Positions 12,909 to 25,965 are shown, counted from the stretch's first letter. The stretch: 64,000 nt of DNA from Callorhinchus milii (GCF_018977255.1 NW_024704743.1:63180001-63244000); one strand, 5' to 3'. Numbers and translations: made by a program. The notes: generated from the letters alone by a model not told the origin.

Positions 12909-13778
12909 ATCAAAAGGAAAGACGCTGCCAAAGGAAAAAAATCTCCACTAAATATTCAGTTTCCATCGGAAAATGACTGGATGATGGAAGATTGGATTAA
13001 AACTGAAACAGATGCACAACACTTCACATATAAAACACTGTCCAAAGCCATTCAACAGGACATTGTGAATCACAATTGCAAATCATATTAGCAATTGATT
13101 ATCACCCATTCATCACCCCTACAGGAACTGCGAGGCTGTTCTCAGTGAGGGTTGTTCTCAGTGAAGTCCTCGGGGTGGGGGAGGGGGGGGGGGGGGGAGA
13201 GGGGGAAAGGGGCTTGAGAGGGGGAAGGGTTGGGTGGGGGAGAAAGAAGGTCATGGTAGAAGCCCATCTGTACTAACCCAAAATTACTTCACTGCATCCT
13301 AACAAGTTAAACGTAAATTCTAACCTTTTGAACATTCAAGGAATGCTTTATCACCTGGCGTACAGCACAGGGGTGATGGGCCATATGGCCTTTGGGTTGA
13401 CAATGTTTCATCTTTCCAATATGTGCGATACTGAAGAGAAACTTTACTGGAGCATTTCCTTCTTTCCTTCAGCATTTCCTTGGAGCTTTTAAATTCAATT
13501 CTGACATTAAAGATAAAGATGGACTTGAAGAATCTAGGCTTTGTTTAAATATTCATTACATCCCTTCAACATTTCCACTCATAAATTCCCACTGAGAGGG
13601 GCTGGGAAAACTGAAATGCAACATTCCAATCGGGTGTTTTCCTTTTTTGGCGAAACTTACTCAAATTTTCAAGAACTGAACCCCTGACCTGGATCATTGC
13701 TGGACTCAGCATATTTTGTTGTTGAAGCAAAGTCCATCAATTCCTCTAGAGAATTAGATGCTAGAAAAAAAAAAGGAC

Positions 13779-14090
13779 TACAACAACTTACACTTGTATA
13801 GCACCTTTCATGTCAGAAAGACGTCCCAGGGCGCTGGACAATCAGGGGTTTTGGACCCGAGCTGGGAGTTGGGGTCAGAAGGGGAGGAAGCTGGGGGGTG
13901 GGCGGCCGAAGGCATGGTCGAAGAAGAAGATCTTCAGGCAGGACTTGAAGGAGGAAAGAGAGGGAGTGAGGCAGAGGGATTGCAGGATAGAGTTCCAGAG
14001 AGTGGGGGCAGAGATACTCAATGCCCGACCGCCAATGATGGGGCAGGAAGTGCGGGGGACCTGAAGCAGGCCGGGAGGTGGGGAGTGAGC
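13779..14090 (-). mobile_element. L2 3' fragment
   Basis: Same 3' UTR and tail as the 4028-5313 copy. Confidence 0.8.
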
Positions 14091-14904
14091 AGGAGAATGG
14101 GGTTAGATTCAGTGACTCATGAGGAGACAAACACCAATGTTTTTGATGGGTTGAATGGTCAGTTCATGCGCAGTAACATTCTATCAAAGATTAACATTTC
14201 AAGCTCCTTCTGGTGAATTAATGGAGATGAAAGGGTAGGTTGAATAAACTTGGTCTATATTCCTGGAGTTTAGAAGGTTGGGGGTGATCTAAGGCCCCAC
14301 CTTCCCCCATAACACTGGTTAACCTATAAGCCGGATGCTGGCTGGTTTCCCATGCACTAAAAATGGTCTGATTTCCAGTGGTCAGGAAGCATTGACTGGC
14401 AACTGTCTTAAACACTCTGAGACGCTACCCTGCATGATGGACACTATATATATGCAAGTTGTTGTTGCCTTTGATCGTGCCAAGTTATAAGGTGAGTTGG
14501 AACTTTATGGACCCCCAACTGCTCTCCTCTAACTCTCCTCTGTAAACCATTAACCCCATCTTCTCTCCTGCTCTATTTGCAGAAAACTGTGAAAAGCCTT
14601 CAATTGTGTCCCGGAGCGCTTGACAGTGGCGGAGTCTGATGCCGAACCAGCGGGAGAGGGAGTGGGGAGGTGAATGTGAGCACAATTGAAAAGGAAGGTC
14701 TTTAGCCAGGATTTGAAAGTGGGGAGTGAAAGGTAAAATGGAGAGATTGAGGGAGAGAAATCCAGAGCTTTGGGGTGCAGTGGCTGAAGGCACAGCCACC
14801 TATGGTGGAACAGAGGGGACGAGGGACAAACAGGAGGCTGTAGCCAATATATGTGCAACCAGACCAGCTACAGATAGATCGTATTTGTGCCATTGTCTAC
14901 TTTT

Positions 14905-15256
14905 GGAGTCCTGCAGCCTCTCAAGTGAGAGGACCTAGGTTGATCCCCTGCAGGGTGAAACGTTCGGCAAGTTTCTGTACTCCACACACCTGTTTACCTA
15001 GCAGCAAGTAAGAACCCGGTTGTTAGTTGATTGGCGGATCGCTTTTTCTGAGGTAATAATCCCTTCAAATAATAATAATAATCATTAATTTGGTTACTCA
15101 ATCCACCAGTTTGGGGACACTGCTGAGCGCAATTGGCTGCCACGTTTCGCCCACAAAATATAAAGTCAATTCACTTTACCGTATATTCTGTGAAGAGCTT
15201 TGAGATGTCTCGAAGACGCGATAACGCATTATATCAAAATCCAAGGATTTTTATTA
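14905..15256 (+). mobile_element. Long-form (older) SINE subfamily
   Basis: Carries an extra internal segment (tgtttacctagcagcaagtaagaacccggttg...gatcgcttttt) shared with 61617-62110. Confidence 0.85.
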
Positions 15257-15944
15257 CCTGTGCACATGTCCAATCAATCTGAGCACCAAAGCCTAGTCTA
15301 CAAACCTGCATGCATAACATAAACACATACACATACACACCGAGAAAAAGTAAATCAACACTTCCACTTCATTATTTAGGCTTGGTTAGTTACTGCTTGA
15401 GGAAGCAGAGAAGCTCCCCTTGCCATCTGCCACTATGCAGTGTAATTGACAAGTGGGAGGACTGCAACAGTAAACCCACTCCCCAGGCTGATCTTCTATC
15501 CCTCTAAGTGTTTTTGCAACAAAACCCCATTTGTCTTCTATTGTGGAGTGGAGGCATAAATAACAATGGCTTTAAATGAATCAAATCTCAAACCATGATC
15601 TGTCCTTGTGCTCTCCTGCCTACCTCCCAAATCTGCTGTTTGCTGCACATCAAATGAAGCAGCTTTAAGTACTGACCCATCTAACCTCTCTACATCCACG
15701 GTTAAGATTAAATCTATTCTTCCCCTACCCCTCCCCCACATAGAATGATCCTAAAATTGGCCCTCTGAAATCAATTCTCTATTCAAAACACCAGAGCTTG
15801 TCAAACATGAAAAAACGCTGGATAACAGTATAAAAGCAGTCACAGTAATAGTTGACTGATCACGACTAGTCTGTGACATGAATTTATAAATCAGCGTCTG
15901 GCTGACGACACACATCTACTCCCCCATCAGCAAGGCCTCGGCAC

Positions 15945-16132
15945 ATTATTCTCTTCAACCGTGCCTTCAGCTCCCCTCTCAACTCGCTACCCCCTCCTCG
16001 CTCCCTCCCTTCCCTCCTCTCACCCTGACCAGTTAACCCCCTGCTCGGGTTCCGACCCAACTGTCCAGCGCCTTGGGACGTCCTCCCGACGTGAAAGGCG
16101 CTCTATAAATGCAATCTTGTTGTTGTTGTTGA
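15945..16132 (+). mobile_element. L2 3' UTR with intact terminal stem-loop
   Basis: gcgccttgggacgtcctcccgacgtgaaaggcgctctataaatgcaatc(ttg)n. Confidence 0.82.
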
Positions 16133-17719
16133 TTATTGTGACCTACTGTACACGTATTCCCCTTTACACGAGGACCTTAAGCACTTGGTGATGAAGAGCA
16201 AGCCTGGTAGAGGAACTTTCACTTCTAGAACAGCAAGGTAGCTGGCACAGTGCAAGCTGTCCTTTAAAGGTCCTTCCACTTTACTGAACTCAGAGGCTTG
16301 GGACAATACCTAAAAAGAAGTAAACTACAGGGGTATGGGAAAAGGGCAGGTAAATGGGACTGAAATAATTGCTCTTATAAAGAGCCAGCATGATGGGCTG
16401 AATGGCCTTCTTCTCTGCTGCAACGTTCTATGGTTCTAACTTGTATAAAAGATGCTGGAAATTTCCCTAGAATTCGGGTTCACGGATACAGCCTCATACA
16501 TTCATGTCTTTGTACCTCCTTTAGAAACACGTAAACGATACAAACAGCCTTGTTATAACACAACGTTTGCATTCACAAAGTTCCACACTTAGCAAAGCAG
16601 GAAGTGACATCAATCCTGACCTAATGAACAAGAAGTCGGTCACAATGGCAGGCAGGAAGTCTGGCCGGCTGCGTGTATGCACCATGAATGGTCCACAGTG
16701 CACAGTCATCAGCAAATTTGTATTATATTAATGCTTGTTATAATAGGGCTGCATTGTATGTGAAACTCACAGTAATTTGGTTTGGGGACTCCTAAGCACA
16801 GGAATAGGTTTCTGTGTGTGTCAGACAATTGCTGAGTAAAATTCGATTATTATCACTAACATCATACCGTATTATTTTCCAACCTCAGAAATTCGGATAC
16901 ATTAAGACTTTGCTACATCCCGAGTACTAATTGCACTTAAATAGTGGCTTTCACGTTGGAATATGTCGCAAAGTGCTTTATGGAGAAGGAGAGATGTAAG
17001 TAAATCAATCACACAGCATTTCTATCTTTTGTATAATAAAATAATAATAGCAATTCTTAGTTTTGATATAATGCCTTTCATGTCGGGCCAATGTTTCAAA
17101 GGATATATTGTAAAATGTATTTTGCAGGTGAACGCAGCAGCCAATATGCACACAGAAATGTCCCACAAACTACCATGAAGTGATGTTTCTCCATATAAAA
17201 AAAGGAGGATTTACCTGCAGTTTCTCTACTGCGCTGTGGATTTTTCATCAGTTTATTGTAAATTTCACTGAAACAGAGCTTTTCAAATATTTACCTGAAA
17301 CAAACTAGATGCTATTTTAAGTCAAGATTTTTCCACACATGATAAATATAGAATTGTAAAGGGTGTGTGTGAAATACCTATTTATATTTCACTGGTGACA
17401 TGACCTGCGCAAGTCACTGGTAACTGTGTGGCTCAGGAGCTGTGAGGTCATCCTCAGTCAGTAAGGGAGAAATAGGTATTTTACACCTTCTCACTGTGAC
17501 TACACGTCCCCCATTTGTATGTGATTGAGACACGCATTCTGAGGATCACAGGCTGTTCACACGTCTCAATACCTGGGCCATATACACACACACATTCTGT
17601 ACATATGTCTCAGTGCCTGTACATGGTACACACACAGGATGTACACATGGCTCAGTACCTGTACCACACACATACACACACAAACAGGCTGCACACTACG
17701 TACAAATGTACAAATGTGT

Positions 17720-18180
17720 CAGCACTCCATCACACCCACTGCCACCCGGCTCCACAGCCTCCCCATCCCTCAGCGGATCGAGTTCAAAATCCTTGTCCTA
17801 ACCTTCAAGCCTTCCATGGCCTTGGCTCCTCCTATCCTATCCCTCTGACCCCTTATCAACCTGTCTGCTCCCTCCGCTCAGCAAGCTCTGGCCTGCCACA
17901 TGTCCCCTGCCTGGCGTGCCCCACCATTGGCAGTCGGGCCTTCAGCCTCTCTACCCCCACCCTGAGGAACTCCATCCCACATTCCCTTCACCTCCATCCC
18001 TTCAAGGCACGCCTCAAGACACTCTTCTCCAACCATGCCTTTGGCTACCCTCCTACCCTCTTTGCCCTCCACCATCCCTGATCTCAACCTCCCCCCAACA
18101 CTCGGCTCTTAATGACCTGACTTTTCAGCACCTTGGGAGATCCTCCTGATGTGAAAGGCCCTTTACAAATGTAATTTTGT
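17720..18180 (+). mobile_element. L2 3' fragment
   Basis: LHSLPIPQRIEFKILVLTFK, SLRSASSGL, GSRAFS, FKARLKT motifs. Confidence 0.85.
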
Positions 18181-19791
18181 ATTGTATTGTACAATGTGTA
18201 CACAGGCGTGTTCAGCCTGTGTGTGTATATGGTACATATGTCTTAGTGTCTGCACTTCATGCACATACATGGTGTGCACACGTTTCAGCACCCATACCAT
18301 GTGCACACACAGGTTGAGACAATGCTAAAACCACAGCCGGCTTCCAACTAACCTGCAGCAAGAACTCACATCATCATTTAGAAATTCATGCTGCAGGTGA
18401 AACTAAGATGAAAAAAAATTAACTTTACATAAAGAGCAGTCAGAAATTAACCAGATCAGGGTTCCGTGTGGGTAAACATGGATGTAAGCTGCAGCTCCAA
18501 GACATCCAAACTAGGATCCAGATTCAGGCTGTGATGTCTATCTCAGCTGGGACAACAACAACTTGCATTTATATAGCAGTCTTCATGTGGGGGAGCATCT
18601 CAAGAGAGCTGTTCGGATACTCTGGAGTCCCCAAGCCTCGGCTTTTGCTACAACCTTTGCCTTGGCTTTTGCTGGAATTAGGTAAGCAAGATGCGTCCAT
18701 CAGGGAAGAGAGTGAGTATTCCATTCCAGACACGGGAATGTTTCTGTTTGTAGGTGGCGCAGTGATGGTTTCTCCATGTATCAGGTGCCCGGCTGACCAA
18801 AACAGAAATGCTGTGCAATTCATTCCGGGAATGGAGTGGAATACACAAACCATCAAAAACAGAGAAAACACACAATCCTGCCCCAATGTTTGGAAATGTT
18901 CTGCTCAGGTTAATGTCGGAGGAAAATGGCAGCTAGTTCCATGGCAAAATGGCAGTGTTTGCATTACAGAGGAGGTGCTGCCTTTAAAGTTAAGACTGCC
19001 TGTGGCAGTGATCAGTGAGGCATAAATTAACCTCTGGAATTCAGCAGCTCTACTCTAAGTCAGGCCATGAGGACATTACAATTAAGTGTCAGACTCTGTA
19101 CACGACAGATAACTGCACATATACCCCAACTGACACTTGCCCAAGAAAATAAATCAACTTGTCGCCAGGCAAAGGATCAAAAATTCTGCTCCAGTGAAAA
19201 CGTCTGCTTATCTGAACCCCTCCCCATATCACATCTGCTCAGTACCTTTTGCTGGAGCCCCTCACCCAACAGCATCCAGTCTGCTAGAGCCCTCCCCCCT
19301 CTCCCAACGACACTGAGACCTAGCCAGCATTCCTGCTCCTCACCTCTATACAATGGCATCTGCACATGCACACAGATGTTGAGCGAGGACATGATAAAGC
19401 TCAGCTCTGACATGCCTGAATGAATGATATCTAAGTTTGAGAGATTGAGACTCACTCATCTGCAAATTGATATAAAACACAAATGGCTGGTTAGCATGTA
19501 CATTCTTAGCAAAGACCCATTGCTGTTTCTGCTGTATTCACTGTATACAAGACAGGGCCAGTTGACTAAATTTGGCATGTTCTGCTATCTCTGTTGCCAG
19601 GCCAAGAGTTAGTGTCTCATTCTGTCAACTATGATGTGCTGGCCTGTTTGAATTTTTTTTTAAACAAGAACAAGATTATTTGTTTACGCGGGGTTAAGGT
19701 TCCAGTCAATGCCTCGAGGAGTTTAACCAGTAAGTCACAGAGCCATGCAGATCCCAGATTCAAAATGTTCCCAGATTCAATCCCCAGTCTG

Positions 19792-20103
19792 TAATAATAA
19801 TAATCCTTGCATTTGATATAGCGCTTTTCACGTCTTCTAGACGTCCCAAAGCGCTTCACAGAATAGACTGTAAAGTGAATTGACTGTATATTTGTGGGCA
19901 AACGCGGCAGCCAATTGCGCACAGCAATGTCCCACAAACAGTCGTGGATTGAAAATTACCAATTTATTATTGTTTTTGTTTTGGAGGGATTATTAGGCGT
20001 GTGGAGTAAGGAAACTTGCCCAAGGTTTCGCCCTCTGCCTGGAATTGAACTCAAGTCTCTCGCTTGCAAAGCGAGTGCTCTAACCACTGAGCTACAGGAC
20101 TCC
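19792..20103 (-). mobile_element. Young SINE, full length
   Basis: Intact head, core and tail. Confidence 0.93.
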
Positions 20104-20529
20104 ACTGTGTGAGCTAATAATAGTCAGGGTACCAAGTAGGGGAACCCCTGTGGTGGTGGGGAAAATCAGCAATAATCCTCTAGTTGTTCAGCAAGTCTTG
20201 CTAGAAATGTACAGAAGAAAGTTACATGAGGACAGGATTGGGCTATGTGATAAATACACCCCACCCCAGCTGAATCTAGAATTGCTTGCAAATAATGCTA
20301 TGAATTCCTGTGAAGCACTTTGAGACACTCTTAGAATGTTATAAGGCACTAAATCGAATGCAATAGCTATTATTATTACCTCAGTACAGATTCAACAGCT
20401 TCAAGAGAAAGGGAGAAAACAAACGGGACTCTAAACTGTGGTGAAAGGCATCCCCGATTCATCTAAAACTACAACCACTACTCCTTAGCTCTGCCTGTAA
20501 GAACAAGTATTGCACTGTTGGCCTTCAGT

Positions 20530-20827
20530 GGAGTCCTATAGCTCAGTGGTTAGTGCAAGTGAGATACTTGGGATCAATTCCAGGCAGGGCGAAATCTTGG
20601 GCAAGTTTCCTTATTCCACACGCCTAATAATAATCCCTCCAAACAATAATAATAAATTGGTCATTTTCAATCCACGACTGTTTGTGGGACATTGCTGTGC
20701 GCAATTGGCTGCCGCGTTTCGCCCACAAATATACGGTCAATTCACTTTACAGTATATTCTGTGAAGCACTTTGAGATGTCTAGAAGACGTGAAAAGCGCT
20801 ATATCAAATGCAATGATTATTATTATT
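20530..20827 (+). mobile_element. Young SINE
   Basis: Head with a small deletion; TAGAA-loop tail. Confidence 0.92.
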
Positions 20828-21224
20828 AGTTATCGCTACCTTATGCCAGAACTAGTCACGTAAAAGCTTCTTAATAATCACTGGCAATACATAAGGTGGA
20901 GGCTTGTGTGGAATATAAACACTGGGCTGTGTGGCATGTTTCTGTACTGTACATTCTTTGCATGTACTACGGTGACCCTGCAGATAAAAGTTGACTTGAA
21001 TGCAAGCAACATTCAGGAAGTTACATGAAGCAATGACCTGACGACCCAGAAGTCAGCATTCTTTTTCTTGCTTTTTTATAATGTGGAGCCTGAAACATTA
21101 GTGCCAGACCATCAGGTTATAATTCTGAATCCACGTTAAAATTAACCACAGACTTGTGCGAGACTCGCAACACCACTTTATCCCCAATTGAAACACAAAC
21201 ATAAAGCAAGATCCTTCCACTGAC

Positions 21225-21302
21225 CTGTACCAGAAGAAAATCCAGGACAGTTAAAGTTGTAGCTCTTTATCTCATTGTACCACCTTTCAGCTACTTCCTT
21301 AC
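21225..21302 (-). CDS. GLIPR2: GLIPR2 coding exon 4: [27 protein letters not shown]
   Basis: Acceptor tttctttcctttattcctacag|, donor |gtcagt; 78 nt, phase 1-1; WYxE motif with Glu86. Confidence 0.96.
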
Positions 21303-23633
21303 CTGTAGGAATAAAGGAAAGAAAAATGGTTGTAAAGCTAATTTAACAATAAAAATCAGTAATGCAGATACTCCTCTGAAGGTTTATTCAGCAGCCCAAT
21401 AGACACAGAAAAGCACTGGATGTTCAAAAACAACAACTCCACCATTAATTGGGATCACCCAAAAAACACATAGATTGTGGGGGAAAAAAATATAGACCTA
21501 GAGGCGTATAGATTGGGGACACTCTGTGACCTGGAACATTTAGCAACAGCATTTAAACGTGTCTTTCTTTGGGGTCATCGGCCTGGTATCTGATACATGG
21601 TATACTATACCACTACTGAGAGTTCTATGTGTGCCACCTACACATGGAAATTTCCCTGTGACTACCACACTGGTCCTGCATCAGGTCTCTCATCAAACAT
21701 ACCGGAAACAAAAACATTTCCAGTTAATAATTATCTTTTGTTCAATTACTTTTAAAATACCCAATGGAAATCTTGGTGCTGTGTATTTTGTGAGCAAATG
21801 CAGTGGCCAATTTGTGCACAGCAACGTCCCACAAACAGCCATGAAGCCATGAAGTGAATGAGCAATTTTATCCAGGGGATTTGTTGGTCAGGACCTCCCT
21901 CCCCCCCCCCCCCCCCCCCCCCCCACCAGCCGCACAGGGGCTGCCCAGGCAATACTATACAATACCCTACAAGTGAGGTCAATAACTCTTTTAATCACTT
22001 CCTGCACAATATGTGTAACAAATGCCACTGCCACCACTCACTGCACATTACCCATGGTTGCTTTGTTCAAGAAACTCTACCAGGACATTGTTTCCTGCAC
22101 ATAATGTACAATGTACAGGAAGTGACACCAGAGGCAACCCACTAACCTGTAAGTCAGTCATTTTTCACGCAAGAAGCCACTTCATCAACACCGGGTATAC
22201 TGTGCACCTCGTTAATGCGAGTCCCGTGTAGATCCACGATGTAAACGAAGCAGCATTATATTATATTGAAGAACACTATAATGGAGTTTCTCTGTAATTC
22301 TGATTTGCAGAGAACCTAAATTGATCTGCTGCAGGAAATGAGCTAATTTTCCCATTGGATGCTTTGTATGAACAGCTACTTGCCCAAAGTTCATACCCAG
22401 GGTTGACTCACTTCCATTCGGCTAATTGTACTTTTAAAATAACACAAATCTAAAGGAAATGGGTGGCTCCACAAGTTGTAACACTAAAGTCTAACTCATC
22501 CAATTGCTTAAAAACAAATTGTTTCATTAAATTGTTTATAATGTGAAATCCCATTACTATAGCAGAGTACAGAACAGATTCCTATTTTTAAACATTAATG
22601 GCAGTGCCTTTTTAACCCCTGGACTTTATCTACATTTTCAACCCAGATTGAGGGAACAAAATCTGACAGTTCTAATGGTACAACAGTGGAGCCGTGTTAT
22701 AATGTGGTGTTTATGATCCAGAGACTCTAAAGCAGGAATTCTGGTTCCATTCTATGATAATAACTTGCATTTAAATAGCACTCTTCACCTAAGTACCCCA
22801 TTGTGGGAGACAACTTAAAATGGCATCTCACCATGGGTGGGGGGGGGGGTCGGGGGGGGAAATAAATAACTACAAATCAGAATGAGAATAAGGGCAATAC
22901 TTATCACTGTATATAGTATAGTGATCTTTTCACCTAAGATTTGTCTTATCTTACAAGCAAGAAACATTTAGGAAAGGATATATAGAACAAGGAGAAACAA
23001 CAACAAATTACATTTGTTTAGCACCTTTCACTTCAAGAGGACATCCCTACATGGTTGACAGTCAGGGATTTGGACCCGAGCTGGGGTTGGGATCAGGAGG
23101 GGTGGAGGGCAGAGAGAGGAGGGTGACCAAAGGCACAGTCAAGCAGGAGGGAAATGGAGTTAACGGAGTTAAAGGATCTACCATGATCAAATGAACTGGC
23201 AGAACAGACTCAATGGGCTGAATTGACTCCCTTTTTCTTTCCTTTGTTCTGAAGTACTCCTCCAGTTTTATCTTCCTACTTTAAAAAAAATTAACTTTAT
23301 AAACCTATTTCTTACTGAAAAGCCTTAAATTCATATGTAATAAATATTACGTGGTTTATGTATTTTAATTGCTTATTAGCAGAGAATTAACTTTGCGCCA
23401 GTTCTCACCCTATTATGGAAATGTTTCAAACTATACCTGAACCCCATACTAGGCTGACACTCCAGTGCAGTGCTGCATTGCCAGATGTGTTGTCCTTCAA
23501 CTGAGACAGGATCCGAGGTCCCGTCGATGGATGTTAAAGATCTCATGGCACTATTCGAAAAGGGAGTTTCTCCCTTTGTCCTGGCCAACAATTCCCCCAA
23601 ATAAAATTGGTCATTCACGTCATGGCTGGTTGT

Positions 23634-23954
23634 GGAGTCCTGTAGCTCAGTGGTTAGAGCACTCGCTTTGCAGGTGAGAGACCTGAGTTCAATTCCAGGC
23701 AGGGTGAAACCATAGGCAAGTTTCCTTACTCCACACGCCGAATAATAATCCCTCCAAAACCAAAAACAATAATAAATTGGTCATTTTCAATCTACGACTG
23801 TTTGTGGGACATTGCTGTGCGCAATTGGCTGCCGCGTTCACCCACAAATATATACAGTCAATTCACTATACAGTGTGTTCTGTGAAGCGCTTTGGGACGT
23901 GTTCCCGACGTGAAAAGCGCTATATCAAATGCAAGGATTATTATTATTATTATT
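23634..23954 (+). mobile_element. Young SINE (YTCCC-loop type) nested in an older Deu-SINE
   Basis: Full length; GTTGTGG occurs at both junctions; the host Deu-SINE sequence resumes after the tail. Confidence 0.92.
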
Positions 23955-25764
23955 GTTGTGGGACATTGCTGCACGCAACATATCGGTCCCATTCACCTAC
24001 AACATGCATTGTGTAGCATTTGCGTAAGAATTTTAGTTTAGATTGGTATCTTAAGAGTTCATTTTAATTTAGCTTAATTTTTTTGCTGAATTGTGATAAG
24101 CATATTAATCATGGTCTTAGGAGCACCATTTCAGTTGAACAAGGATAAATTTTGTATGAGAATTGAGAAACAACACAGACAAATGACTGGAAAAAGAGAA
24201 CAACATGGGATAAGACTTATAAACTTTACTACCCTTGTAGTCAAACAAACAGTCCATAGTGCTATGGACACCTTACTCTAAAATCCTGCAAAGCGTTTGG
24301 AGATGTCTTCCTGACATGAAAGGCGCTTTATCAAATGCAAAAATATTATTATAATTAAATAACTTGCAGATCTACCAAATTCATGTCATTTGGATTTTAT
24401 GGTTTTAATAAAAACTAAAAAAGAAAAGCTGGATTGGTGAATTTAGAAATTGGTTCACTCCACGGCATTAGCTCATAGCTCTCGCCTCCTGCTTGTGCCT
24501 TGTGCCTCCCCACCCCACCCACCCGATCACCATCGGTGCTTTCAGCCACAACTTCCCGAAACTTTGGAACACTCTCCCACAATCTCTCCATCTTGCCCCC
24601 TTCTTTTGCTTACTGTCAGCTCCGCCCTGCCCCTGGCTTGGTGTCAGGCTTTGCTAATGCTAAGTGCTCCGAGATGCCGCTCCAGATGAAGGATGCTGAA
24701 TAAATGCAAGTTGTTGCTGTTATATTTATCAAGGTTTTGTCCACCACTCTAAACTGGGAGGCCTCCTCTCGTGGTATTCTCCTCCACTAACCAGGAACAG
24801 TGGAAGAATTCCATCTGACAGATCTCCAAACAAGTCATAAGTCAACAACCACAACTTGCATTTATATAGCGCCCTTCACATGGGGTAGCCAACATTCACC
24901 TCAGCTGCAGGAAATTTGCACTCATCCAGGCCGTAATGTCCGTCAGACAAACGGACAGGACATCAGTGGACTGGGAGCTGCAGTTGGAGGAGGAGAGGTA
25001 GATTTGGGCGTCACCCGCTTACATGTGGAAGTTGACCCCATGTCGGCGGATGACATTGCTGAGAGGGAGCGTGTAGAGGCATCAAACCATGGTGGGCTTG
25101 GCTTCATTCACACACATGCCACTTGTGAACTGAGGAGGTTTACACTGGCTAAATGCTACACAGCCTCTTTCACTCTAAGTCATTTTATTTAGGCAGAGAG
25201 CCGAGCCCGAAATCAGGCTCCATATTCAAATTTAGTAAAACTTGCATAAGTCTGATCTGTATATATCGTATAATCATCCAAGTCATACATCTACCCAAGT
25301 CCCGTTCAAGAAATTCTATGCAAGTTTGACATAACCCCTACTTTGTATAAGTCACAGTAAATGTATGGTCCCAACTTGAACAATTTAAGTGAGGTTTACT
25401 GTATTCACTGTTCAACAGAACTGCCCGATTGCATTTGGGACGTCCTCCCGACGTGAAAGGCGCTCTATAAATGTAATGTTGTTGTTGTAGAGGCCGCTCA
25501 ATGAATGCGTAGACAAAATATGCAATCAATTCGCTTTGCAGTGCATTTTGTGAAGCACTTCTGTGACGTCTCGAAAACGTGAGAGAGGAGCCAGACAAAA
25601 AAAAAAGCAAGGATTATTATGATGATTGGTGAGCCATGCAATAAACCTGCAGTAACCTTAGATGTAGCGAGATTGCAAAGTTATAGCTGCTGCCCCTTTA
25701 GTTTTGCTTTCAGGGTCTCTAGTGTTTAGAGTAGAATAGCCAGGCAGGACTGTGTTGCACTCAC

Positions 25765-25868
25765 CAGGTTGGTCATATGATGCCCAGGCAAGATTTTCTC
25801 CACATTGTCCTCTGCTGGACTCTGAGCTGTGTTTGAGAACTCTTGTGCTGGCTAGAGCTTGGGAGTAT
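25765..25868 (-). CDS. GLIPR2: GLIPR2 coding exon 3: [35 protein letters not shown]
   Basis: Acceptor ctttctctgccttgcag|, donor |gtgagt; 104 nt; GENLA motif, His54 and Glu65; lies within ORF 25658..25945. Confidence 0.97.
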
Positions 25869-25923
25869 CTGCAAGGCAGAGAAAGGAGAAAGGCAGGGCT
25901 CAGCAATGCAGCAAACACAGTGG

Positions 25924-25940
25924 ATATATATATATATATA
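25924..25940 (+). repeat. (AT)n microsatellite inside the 97-nt GLIPR2 intron 2
   Basis: Direct inspection. Confidence 0.9.
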
Positions 25941-25965
25941 CACATTAAATGCAGAAATATCTTAC

